Source: an uncultured Pseudomonadota bacterium
GTDB lineage: Bacteria > SAR324 > NAC60-12
Reading direction: 5' to 3'
Assembly: GCA_913020725.1 (NCBI GenBank)
Contig: CAJWCD010000037.1
Location: 1 to 27,687, forward strand
DNA: 27,687 bases
Positions 17,864 through 26,467 of the stretch are shown here, piece after piece (position 1 is the stretch's first letter; every line of letters begins with the position of its first letter). The translations under genes were made by a program, and so were the position numbers. The notes under the pieces are model-generated. The model was not told the DNA's origin. It made no database searches and saw nothing but the letters and a program-made list of their open reading frames with translations.

Positions 17864-19171
17864 TTAGTTCTTCATGTTCCGGACGTTTGCTTTGATCTTG
17901 TTGATCTCTTCAAGGCTGATTCCACCGACATCAACATACTTGCCACCCTTGATCTTCATCTTCACAAAGGGGCCAGCCACATCTCCATAGGGATCGAAGT
18001 TGATGGGGCCAGTTGCGCCGACATACCAGATGTCCATGCCCGCCTTGATGGCGGTTAGGGCATCCTTTAACCCTTGAACACCCGCTCTGAACTGCTTTCC
18101 AGTCGGTCCTGTGATTTCTCTTACATGCTTTGCGAGGGTTGGCCCCTTGATATCCGTTCCTCGTATATCTGCGGTCACCATGGCAAGTCCGATCAGCACT
18201 CCTGCATCATAACCAGAGTTCCGTCCCGGTCCTTTGGGAGTGGCATTCCAGCGTTTTTGAAAATCCGCTTCCATCTTTACCAATGAAGAATTCTCGGGCA
18301 CCCCTGGACTGATGAACCAAGCATTCTTGAGGTTCTCAGATCCTACCGTATCGACAAAAGCGGAGTCATTCATACCCTGAGGCATGATGAAATTTAGAGG
18401 GCCATCAAAGCGGACCCAGTCTCGAAAATGCTTCACACCATCCTGAATGTTGCTGAGCAGGTATAAACTGTCGGGGTTGCCTTCCAGCGTTTTTGTGATT
18501 TCCGCACGATACGAAGGTTGGTCGGGGTTGAAGGGGACGGCTTGGGCAATTTCTCCACCTAACGCCCTAAAGGCGTCAACGAATTCCCCTTGGTTGTTTT
18601 TACCCCAGTCGTTGTTCCAATAAAGAATGGCCGGCCTGCGAAAACCAGCATCATAGGCCATTTTGGCCGCAGCTACTGCTTGTAGGGAATCTGCAGGGAG
18701 AGTGCGGAAGAACAACCCCTTGGTCTCACCACGCTTGCCCATGTTGGTGAAGGTTGAAGATGTTGAAGCGGTGGCAATAACCAGAATCTCTTCCTCAACC
18801 GTGACTGAACTCAACAAAGGTGCCGTGATCCCTGACGAGATTGGACCAACCAGTGCTGTCACGCCTTCTAGATCAATCAGCTTTCTTGCGGCATCCACAG
18901 CAACAGAGGCTTGCGTGTTGGAATCGCGAACATCATAAACGAGTTCACAACCGATACCAAGTTGCTTTCTTGCTTCGTTGACCTGCTCAACCCCCAGTTG
19001 GGCAGCCCTAGAAATGGGAACACCATGGGCACCATAGGCTCCGGTCAATGAGAGAATGGACCCAATCTTGTGGGTACACTGAGCCGCATGGGATGGACTC
19101 AACAAGCCCGCAACGACAATTCCGAACACCGTTAAAACGGCAATCATGACCCTTTGTTTAGCAATTCTCAT
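17864..19171 (-). CDS. ABC substrate-binding protein, LivJ/K (periplasmic binding protein type 1) family
   Basis: Signal peptide MRIAKQR...PSHA; motifs KIGSILSLTG, GPISS, FFRT.P.DSLQ, NNDWG and Y.GATGPINFD..GD. RBS AAGGAG before ATG 19171. Confidence 0.9.
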   Translation of the reverse strand: MRIAKQRVMIAVLTVFGIVVAGLLSPSHAAQCTHKIGSILSLTGAYGAHGVPISRAAQLGVEQVNEARKQLGIGCELVYDVRDSNTQASVAVDAARKLIDLEGVTALVGPISSGITAPLLSSVTVEEEILVIATASTSSTFTNMGKRGETKGLFFRTLPADSLQAVAAAKMAYDAGFRRPAILYWNNDWGKNNQGEFVDAFRALGGEIAQAVPFNPDQPSYRAEITKTLEGNPDSLYLLSNIQDGVKHFRDWVRFDGPLNFIMPQGMNDSAFVDTVGSENLKNAWFISPGVPENSSLVKMEADFQKRWNATPKGPGRNSGYDAGVLIGLAMVTADIRGTDIKGPTLAKHVREITGPTGKQFRAGVQGLKDALTAIKAGMDIWYVGATGPINFDPYGDVAGPFVKMKIKGGKYVDVGGISLEEINKIKANVRNMKN

Positions 19172-19737
19172 ATCAGTCTCCTTGAGATAGTTGATCATTG
19201 TTCTGTCAACACAGAACAAAGTGAAACGGAGTACAAGACTCCAACCATGATTTCGTCGACGCTACACTAAAACCGAGGTTCTTGCGCAATCCATGCAGTC
19301 GAGCAAACTTTACCACTGTAATTGCCTAGCAATGCCTCTGGAGGCCAACTGGGACGACTGCCCCTCGCTGGAGGGTGCTGTCTCAGCGGAAGTTCCCAGC
19401 ACGTTGGTCCCCACCGAATCTGCGATTCCGATTGTTTGCGGCGGTCGTTAAAGAATCTAAATATCTCGCTCTGCACCCCGTTATGCAGGAATAGCAGGCA
19501 TCCAGATTTGAAGGTTATTCTCTATCCTTAGTTGAAGGTTAATAATATTCTAGAAACGAGTATTTCTCTATCGTTGAGGTATACAGTAACTCATTTTTTT
19601 AGAAACACAAGATAAATTTTATACTTGATTTTTTTTGCTATAAAACATCCATACCCTTGTCATCTTCCGGTTACCAACACGCCATTATTTGCACCTTGGG
19701 TTCCGTTGAAAACTCATCTTACTCAAGCGGCTCAAGG

Positions 19738-20793
19738 TTATTCCGTCTTATTCTGATTATAGCGCATGATGCTTCCATGATGTCCAGTTTTGTCGCGTTC
19801 CAGATCGTAACAATCTCCATTTAAAACGGTGCGTTTTTTGAGAATCGTGTCAATCAAAGCATAATCGTCATCGGTCATGGAAAACTCAAAAACTCTAAGA
19901 TTTTCTTCAAGATGGAGGGTTGAAGTTGCACCAATAATCAGGGCAGCAACTCCGGGACGATCCAATACCCATCTCATAGCAACAAGCGGCATGGTCACTC
20001 CATATCTATCAGACACTTGCTTCAGAATCTGTAGCAGTTCTTGAAACAGTGTCCAGCCGCCAAAGTCATCTATAATCAGTTTGTACTTGGTCAGCGAGCG
20101 ATTTGCAAAGAGTTCAGTGGGTTCGGGCTTACCCATCCAGTCTTCCGAAAAAAACCCACCAGCCAATGTACCATAGCACAATTGGTTGATTCCGTTATCA
20201 AGGCAATAAGGGATGAGTTTTTTTTCTGGTCGGGTATCAAGCAGAGAATACTGAGGCTGATTACTCTCCATAGGCACCCCGGTGTCAATCAGTGTACGGA
20301 GTTGTCGTGTATTGAAATTCGAGACACCGAGACGATCAATTTTCCCCTCGGTTTTCAAGTCTCCCAGAAGTAATGCGGTATCAATGTACCCTGGTATACC
20401 GTCAGGATCCCACCAGTAGAATTGCACAAGATCGAGTCGTTCGACATGTAAACGCTTAAGAGATCGGTCGATTATTTTTTCCACATAGGTTCGATCAACG
20501 TTACCCAGTTGTTCATAATCGGGCACGAACTTAGTATGGATCTTCACCTGAGATGCAAGACTAGGATAAGCCTTCCGAAAATTCCCAATCAATTCCTCAA
20601 CCCCGGTGTAGTGATCGGCGCAATCAAATGTCGTAATCCCTGCCTCAACAAATGCCGCCATATCTTTGACCGCCTGATCTGGGTCAATCTCTCCATGACC
20701 ACCAGCGAGATGCCATCCCCCTTTGATCAGACGAGAGATTGAGTAACCAGATTGCAAATCTGTTCTTTCAACCCTGTTTTTTTTCTTCTCCAT
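19738..20793 (-). CDS. Aldo-keto reductase
   Basis: Motifs IKGGWHLAGGHG, FDCADHYTG.E, HTKFVPD, SLKRL..ERLDLVQFYWWD, GVSNF, QYSLLD.RP and CYGTLAGGF. Confidence 0.92.
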   Translation of the reverse strand: MEKKKNRVERTDLQSGYSISRLIKGGWHLAGGHGEIDPDQAVKDMAAFVEAGITTFDCADHYTGVEELIGNFRKAYPSLASQVKIHTKFVPDYEQLGNVDRTYVEKIIDRSLKRLHVERLDLVQFYWWDPDGIPGYIDTALLLGDLKTEGKIDRLGVSNFNTRQLRTLIDTGVPMESNQPQYSLLDTRPEKKLIPYCLDNGINQLCYGTLAGGFFSEDWMGKPEPTELFANRSLTKYKLIIDDFGGWTLFQELLQILKQVSDRYGVTMPLVAMRWVLDRPGVAALIIGATSTLHLEENLRVFEFSMTDDDYALIDTILKKRTVLNGDCYDLERDKTGHHGSIMRYNQNKTE

Positions 20794-20796
20794 TTT

Positions 20797-21186
20797 TTAG
20801 TCGACTGCTGGAAGTGGCACGATTGTCGTTTCCGCATGACTGAAGATTCGTTTAGCAATCCTTGTGATGCGAAACCGCCCTCCACAATTTGGATCTGAGC
20901 AGGCAACAATAGCATCAGTTGTCATCCAATCATTCTTATCTGTCAGGCGTTGCTTAGCAGGCAACAGCGGTAATAGGGCAGCAAGTGGATACATGGGGAA
21001 ACTTTTCCGGCCTTCTTCTGGAAAAATGATCTTTTCACCAATGACATGAAAATATTCACCTTCCTGGTGATCACAAACCATAGGGATATCACCAAAAATG
21101 ACTTCTACTTTTAAATCATAAAGTTCAAACAAACCTGAATCATGATCATTGCTCATTTGAGTCGTATGCTCATGGTTTTTGTTCAT
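20797..21186 (-). CDS. TIGR04076-like small cysteine-containing protein
   Basis: FELYDLKVEV...MVCDHQEGEYF...YPLAALLPLLPAKQR...NDWMTTD...ACSDPNC..RFRITR; family call is from memory of this motif pattern. Its stop lies 3 nt before the AKR start. Start 21186 or 21156. Confidence 0.72.
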   Translation of the reverse strand: MNKNHEHTTQMSNDHDSGLFELYDLKVEVIFGDIPMVCDHQEGEYFHVIGEKIIFPEEGRKSFPMYPLAALLPLLPAKQRLTDKNDWMTTDAIVACSDPNCGGRFRITRIAKRIFSHAETTIVPLPAVD

Positions 21187-21272
21187 AGAAACACTGAAAA
21201 TTGTGACCTAAATAAAATTTCACGAAAGTACATTGGGCAAATCTTTCAATTGTACGATCTGGTAGCAGATTC

Positions 21273-22211
21273 CTATTCGTCGCTGTATCGTTCCGGCAGC
21301 AATCCCTCCGGACGACGTTGCAGAATGAACTGGAGGATGAGCCCGACGAGGAAGATGCGGACATAGCCCACGCGGTTGAGCCAATCAATGGGCAGGAAAC
21401 GTGAGAGCAGTTCGGTGGAAGACCAGACGGCCCAGACAATCACGGCTCCAAGTATTGCGCCCCGGTTATTGCCACTGCCTCCGATAATGAGCATCACCCA
21501 AACCAGAAAGGTCGCCAGCAACGGTTCGGAAGCATCCGGGCTGACAAACTTGAAGGCGTGAGCGGTCAGCGCTCCCCCGAGGCCCATCAGGGTTGCTCCC
21601 AACACGAACGCCTCCATCCGGAAGCGCTCAACATCCTTTCCAGTCGAGGCGGCGGCAGTCTCGTTCTCACGGATGGCTCGCATGATCCGGCCCCACGGCG
21701 AGTGAAAGGCACGTTCGAGGGCAAGGTACAACACCAGCACCAGCACCAGCACGACGGCCAAGAATCCCAATTCCGACCACGGTTGTGGCAGATGCTCAAA
21801 GGGTCGGGGGATGCTTGGAATGCCGCGACTTCCACTGGTTAACCAGATTTCGTTCTTGAGGATCAGTCGCAGGATTTCGGCAACCCCAATGGTCGCAATC
21901 GCCAAGTAGTCACTGCGCAAGCGCAGGCAAATTTTCCCCACACCGAAAGCGACGATCCCGGCAACCAGCATGGAAGCCGTCAAGCCAACCGGAATCGGCA
22001 GGTTCAGCCCCCCGAAGTGGTTCGGGCTTTCTGCGGTCGTGAGTAAGGTGGAGGTGTACGCACCAATCGCGAAGAACCCTGCGATGCCTGCGTTGAAGAG
22101 ACCGGTCATGCCCCAATGCAGGTTGAGACCCAAGCTCAGAATAGCGTAAATCCCACCGATCGTCAGCAGTGAGATTCCATACATCATCACACCGTAGAGC
22201 AGGTCTTGCAT
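21273..22211 (-). CDS. livM: Branched-chain amino acid-type ABC permease (LivM-like)
   Basis: Motifs LGLNLHWGMTGLFNAG, LRLRSDYLAIAT, SPWGRIMRAIRENE and RPEGLLPE. Confidence 0.9.
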   Translation of the reverse strand: MQDLLYGVMMYGISLLTIGGIYAILSLGLNLHWGMTGLFNAGIAGFFAIGAYTSTLLTTAESPNHFGGLNLPIPVGLTASMLVAGIVAFGVGKICLRLRSDYLAIATIGVAEILRLILKNEIWLTSGSRGIPSIPRPFEHLPQPWSELGFLAVVLVLVLVLYLALERAFHSPWGRIMRAIRENETAAASTGKDVERFRMEAFVLGATLMGLGGALTAHAFKFVSPDASEPLLATFLVWVMLIIGGSGNNRGAILGAVIVWAVWSSTELLSRFLPIDWLNRVGYVRIFLVGLILQFILQRRPEGLLPERYSDE

Positions 22212-22229
22212 CGTTCGCCTCCCGTTCCT

Positions 22230-23120
22230 TTAAAAAACCCGGCCCCGGAACAGCCCGCTTGGACGCCAGATCAGCATGCCGATCATGATGGCAAAGGCCA
22301 CTCCAGTTTTGTATCCGGGGGAGAGCAGGGGTTCATTACCAATCCACGGATAGGCCGACAACTCCTCAGCCATGCCGATCACCAGTGCTCCGGCAATCGC
22401 TCCGTAGGGTCGGCCAATTCCTCCAAGGATCGCCGCTGCAAACAGGGGCAGCAACTGATCCCAACCCATATTTGAGTGCAGTTGGGTGTCGATCCCCAAG
22501 AACACGCCTGCGACTGCTGCGAGCGCAGCACCAATCCCCCATGTCGCCATGATCACACGCTCGGTGTGGATTCCGGAGACAAGCGCCAAGTCCGCATCGT
22601 CGCTCATCGCTCGCATCGCTTTGCCCAAGCGTGTTCGCGTGAGGAAGAGGTGGACCAAGACGATGATGACGATGGCTCCACCTACAATCCAGAGATGCCG
22701 TTCGGCAATGCGTAGGGTGTCGAAAAACACCAGCGGTCGCTGAATTCCACGCTGATAAACCTTAACATCAACTCCGAAAAAAAACTGGACCGCCGAGCGC
22801 AGCATCAGCGAGATCCCGAACGAGGAAATCACCAGGATGATGGTCCGGCTTTCCCGGAAGGGCTTGTAGAAAAACCGATCAATTCCAACCGCCAAAAGCG
22901 CCGCCACCAGCATCGCCACTGGAATGGCGCCCATCGCAGGAATCCCGAAGGTCGTGACCACCACGAGCGCCACATAGGCCCCGAAGGTCATCAGGTCGCC
23001 GTGCGCGAAGTGCGCGAATCGCAGGATACCGAACAGCAGAGAGATGCCCACCGCCCCAAGGGCGTAGATGCAGCCCAAGACCACTCCGGGAATGAAGTAG
23101 AAGTTGATGAACTCAAACAT
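22230..23120 (-). CDS. livH: Branched-chain amino acid-type ABC permease (LivH-like)
   Basis: Start MFEFINFY at 23120 (TGATG coupling with livF); motifs FAHFAHGD, GKAMRAMSDD.DLA..SGI and RPSGLF. Confidence 0.9.
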   Translation of the reverse strand: MFEFINFYFIPGVVLGCIYALGAVGISLLFGILRFAHFAHGDLMTFGAYVALVVVTTFGIPAMGAIPVAMLVAALLAVGIDRFFYKPFRESRTIILVISSFGISLMLRSAVQFFFGVDVKVYQRGIQRPLVFFDTLRIAERHLWIVGGAIVIIVLVHLFLTRTRLGKAMRAMSDDADLALVSGIHTERVIMATWGIGAALAAVAGVFLGIDTQLHSNMGWDQLLPLFAAAILGGIGRPYGAIAGALVIGMAEELSAYPWIGNEPLLSPGYKTGVAFAIMIGMLIWRPSGLFRGRVF

Positions 23121-23824
23121 CACCCACCCAGAAAAGATGCTGCAACTTCCTCGTTCGCCAGGAGGTTGGCTGCCGTGTCGGAGAAACGGTTCTCCCCAGA
23201 GGTGAGGACGTAGCCTCGGTGCGCGATCTCCAACGCTTTCTTGGCGTTTTGCTCCACCATGAGGATGCCCACATGGGTTTGGTTGATCCCCAAGATGCAC
23301 TCGAAAATCTGCCCCATCACCTTTGGGGCGAGTCCGGCGGTGGGTTCGTCGAGCAACAAGAAGCGCGGTCGGCTCATCAAGGCCCGACCGATGGCGACCA
23401 TCTGTCGCTGTCCTCCCGAAAGTTCACCCACTGCTTGTCGGCGTTTGGGCTTGAGGTCGGGAAACAGATCATACATTTCCACGAGAGCGTCCGGCACATC
23501 TTGTGGATTGAGATATGCGCCCATTTCAAGATTCTCTTCCACCGAGAGATTTGGGAAGACGTTTCGGACCTGCGGGACGTAAGCCAAGCCCTGTCGCACC
23601 AACACCTGCGGATGGTGGTTGGTGAGATCGGTTCCCGCCAGCGTGACCTGCCCCTCCCGGACTTGCACCAGCCCGAAGATCGCCTTCATCAGCGTGGACT
23701 TGCCCGCGCCGTTCGGGCCGATGACAACCACGATCTCGTCCTTGGCGACCTCTGCGGAGGCTCCGTTGAGGATGTTCATTCCGCCATACCCCCCAACGAT
23801 GCCGGATGCAAGCAAACTGTTCAT
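23120..23824 (-). CDS. livF: ABC ATP-binding protein (LivF-like)
   Basis: Motifs GPNGAGKST, LSGGQRQMVA, LLDEPTAGL and VEQNA. Confidence 0.92.
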   Translation of the reverse strand: MNSLLASGIVGGYGGMNILNGASAEVAKDEIVVVIGPNGAGKSTLMKAIFGLVQVREGQVTLAGTDLTNHHPQVLVRQGLAYVPQVRNVFPNLSVEENLEMGAYLNPQDVPDALVEMYDLFPDLKPKRRQAVGELSGGQRQMVAIGRALMSRPRFLLLDEPTAGLAPKVMGQIFECILGINQTHVGILMVEQNAKKALEIAHRGYVLTSGENRFSDTAANLLANEEVAASFLGG

Positions 23825-24600
23825 GCCACCGCCTTTCGCACTTCACCTCCGAGGTAAGCTTCGATGACATCCGGATTGCCGCGCACCGCCGCCATTGTGC
23901 CCTGCATCAGCACGGAGCCATGCGCCATGACAACAACGGGATCACAGAGCCGAGCAATCAAATCCATGTCATGTTCGATCACGCAGAAAGTGACCCCCTG
24001 TTCCCGGTTGAGGCGTTCAATGTGGGAAGCCAGTTTTTTCATGAGAGTGCGGTTGATGCCCGCGCCGATTTCATCAAGCAACACAACTTGGGGAGTCCCC
24101 ATCATCACCCGGCCCAGTTCCAGTAATTTCTTCTGACCACCGGAAAGATTCCCGGCAAGTTCATGCTTGAGTGGCGTGAGTCCCAGAGTGTCAAGGATGG
24201 ATTCCGCACGTTCTTGCAGTTCACGTTCTTCCTGCTGGATCTGAGACCACTTAAGCCAATTCGCCCACAACCGACTCCCGGTTTGCCCCTGCGGAGCAAC
24301 CATCAGGTTGTCTTTCACCGACATGCGGGCGTACTCGTGTGCGATTTGGAAGGTGCGCAAGATGCCAAGGTCTGCGAGTTGATGAGGCGACCAACCCGTC
24401 ACATTCTTCCCGTCAAGCCACACGGTACCAGAATCAGGTTTGAGCAATCCTGCAAGGATATTGAAAAGCGTGGACTTGCCGGCCCCGTTGGGACCGATCA
24501 CCCCGGTGATGCTTCCGGAGGCGATCTCGAAAGAACAGTCCTCCACAGCATGCACTCCTCCAAAAGCCTTGCTGACCTGCTGGATGGAGATGGCGGCCAT
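23821..24600 (-). CDS. livG: ABC ATP-binding protein (LivG-like)
   Basis: Motifs GPNGAGKST, RTFQ, LSGGQKKLLELGR, LLDE and IEHDM. Likely start MAAI at 24600. Confidence 0.92.
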   Translation of the reverse strand: MAAISIQQVSKAFGGVHAVEDCSFEIASGSITGVIGPNGAGKSTLFNILAGLLKPDSGTVWLDGKNVTGWSPHQLADLGILRTFQIAHEYARMSVKDNLMVAPQGQTGSRLWANWLKWSQIQQEERELQERAESILDTLGLTPLKHELAGNLSGGQKKLLELGRVMMGTPQVVLLDEIGAGINRTLMKKLASHIERLNREQGVTFCVIEHDMDLIARLCDPVVVMAHGSVLMQGTMAAVRGNPDVIEAYLGGEVRKAVA

Positions 24601-24646
24601 GAGGCGAGACTGCCGAAAACGGGAATAGATTAGGAAAGGAGAGCAG

Positions 24647-24673
24647 CCGGGGAGCACAGTAGCCACTCCCCGG
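24647..24673 (-). other. Stem-loop just downstream of the substrate-binding protein gene
   Basis: CCGGGGAG (24647-24654) / CTCCCCGG (24666-24673), 10 nt after the stop at 24684. No U-tract on the - strand. Confidence 0.6.
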
Positions 24674-24683
24674 AAAATTGGGC

Positions 24684-25892
24684 TTACTTGAGGATGTCGA
24701 TTTCCTTGTACTTGTTCCCCTCGACAATGTAGTGCCCGATCACTCCGGCCACGTCGCCATTGCCGTCAAACTCGTGCTCACCAGCGGCACCGTTGTAGTT
24801 GATGGCTTGGTGTGCGGCGATCAGGCGTTTCGCCTTGGCCCACTCGCCCGGCTCGATCACTTCGCCGTCAGCGGTGGCCACCGCCCGGATCATCTTGCGC
24901 ACCAGCCGACGATCAGTGGATCCAGCCTGCTCAATCGCCAGAGCCATCACCATGATGGCATCATAGGTCTCCTTGATGAACATCTTGTCAACGCCATGCT
25001 CGGAGAAAGCAGCAAAGTTCTTCTCAAACTTCTCCTTAGCACTCGATGCGACCGAGGAAGGCGTGGTGAAGAAGGACTTGCCCATATTTTCGCCTCCGAT
25101 TTGCTCGAGGAGCAGGTCGTCCCGCATGCCATCTGGACCGATGAAGCGCTCGAAGAAACCGTTTTCCAGCGACTGCTTGACGATGGTGATGCCGCTGCTA
25201 CCCGCATAGGCGATCAGCACCAGTGCCTCCGGATTGCCCCCCCGAGAGAGCGTGGCAAGTTCGGAGCGGTAGGAGCTTTTCTTCTCCTCATGAACCTGAT
25301 CAGCCGTGATGATGCCACCCAGCGCGGTGTAGGCGTTCCGGAAAGCAGTTGCCAGCCCAACAGCGTAGTCGTTGTTGGCGTAGGTCAACGCCACGCGCTT
25401 CAAGCCTTGGTCCAAGACGAGTTTGCCCATCACCTTCCCTTGAAAGTTATCGCTGGGTATGACGCGGAAAATATAGTCTTTGTCCTCAAGTCCGGTGAGG
25501 TCAGGAGAAGTCGCGGTTGGCGAAATCGTGGGCACCCCAGTGGGGATCATCACGCTGCTGGCCGCCGCAATGGTTGGACCACTGCACATCGGCCCAACGA
25601 TGCCGACGACATTGTTCACGTTCACGAGTTTGGTGGCGGCATCGACTCCGGCTTGTGGGGAGCAGCCACTGTCACCAATGACCAGTTCCAGCTTGCGCCC
25701 GCCGAGGATGCCTCCGTTGTCGTTGATCTCCTTCACCGCCAGATTGGCCCCATCGATGATGGGTGGAATGAAGTTGGCGATTGGTCCGGTCACGCCGAAG
25801 AGCGCACCAATCTTGACGGGCTGCGCGGACGCAGCAGCCGGAATTAGCGCCACAGCCAGCACGACCATCATGAGTTTCAGTTGAGTTCTCAT
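24684..25892 (-). CDS. ABC substrate-binding protein, LivJ/K family
   Basis: Signal peptide ...PAAASA; motifs VKIGALFGVTG, EINDNGGILGG, GPMCSG, SPTATSP, FRVIPSD and INYNGAAGEHEFDGNGDV. RBS AAGGAG before ATG 25892. Confidence 0.92.
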   Translation of the reverse strand: MRTQLKLMMVVLAVALIPAAASAQPVKIGALFGVTGPIANFIPPIIDGANLAVKEINDNGGILGGRKLELVIGDSGCSPQAGVDAATKLVNVNNVVGIVGPMCSGPTIAAASSVMIPTGVPTISPTATSPDLTGLEDKDYIFRVIPSDNFQGKVMGKLVLDQGLKRVALTYANNDYAVGLATAFRNAYTALGGIITADQVHEEKKSSYRSELATLSRGGNPEALVLIAYAGSSGITIVKQSLENGFFERFIGPDGMRDDLLLEQIGGENMGKSFFTTPSSVASSAKEKFEKNFAAFSEHGVDKMFIKETYDAIMVMALAIEQAGSTDRRLVRKMIRAVATADGEVIEPGEWAKAKRLIAAHQAINYNGAAGEHEFDGNGDVAGVIGHYIVEGNKYKEIDILK

Positions 25893-26029
25893 AAAGCTCC
25901 TTGAAGGAAAGGGTTCATCAATGCCACACAAACGGCTTCATACCATCCAAAATTTCCGCTGAAAAGTCAACCAAAATTTCATATCAGACAAAATTATTGC
26001 GATTCGGATTTGGGCGTAGAATGCCGATC

Positions 26030-26452
26030 TCAGGAAGAATCACTGTCCAGTTCCCCCTCGGACGAATCTGGAAACTGGGGGAGTGCGTCGTTGATTTCGT
26101 AGTAGTCGGACTTGTGGTCAACGTAGATGTGCCCAATGGAGCGCAGGTCGGTCGGTCGGTCGAACATCCCTGCCGCAATGCTCAGGGTTCCAGAATCGTG
26201 TGGTTCGTAAAACAGGCTCGCCCCGCACTTGCCGCAGAATCCACGCTGCGCCCGCTCGGAGGAGGCGTACCAACGCAAACCGTCTTCGCGACTGAAACAC
26301 AACGCCTCACGCAGAACGTTGGTGTAGGCAGCAACATGACCATGTGTTTTCAGGCATTGTCCGCAGTGGCAGTGAATCACGCCCCGGAGTGCTCCAGAGA
26401 CGGTGAAACGCACTGCTCCGCAGAGGCAGCCACCGTGGTGTTCGTTCGTCAT
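26030..26452 (-). CDS. GFA/CENP-V family Zn-binding protein
   Basis: Motifs GGCLCGAVRF, CHCGQC and RGFCGKCGASL. RBS AGGAG. Confidence 0.9.
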   Translation of the reverse strand: MTNEHHGGCLCGAVRFTVSGALRGVIHCHCGQCLKTHGHVAAYTNVLREALCFSREDGLRWYASSERAQRGFCGKCGASLFYEPHDSGTLSIAAGMFDRPTDLRSIGHIYVDHKSDYYEINDALPQFPDSSEGELDSDSS

Positions 26453-26467
26453 CGTCAAGCTCCTGTG

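Noticed and set aside
19340..19412. Canonical TPP or cobalamin riboswitch
   Set aside because: Only fragments match; the TPP pyrophosphate-binding arm and a B12 box are not seen. Kept only as an unassigned structure candidate.
19267..19531. Short ORFs 19267-19476 (-) and 19322-19531 (+)
   Set aside because: No convincing RBS, motif or protein-like composition.
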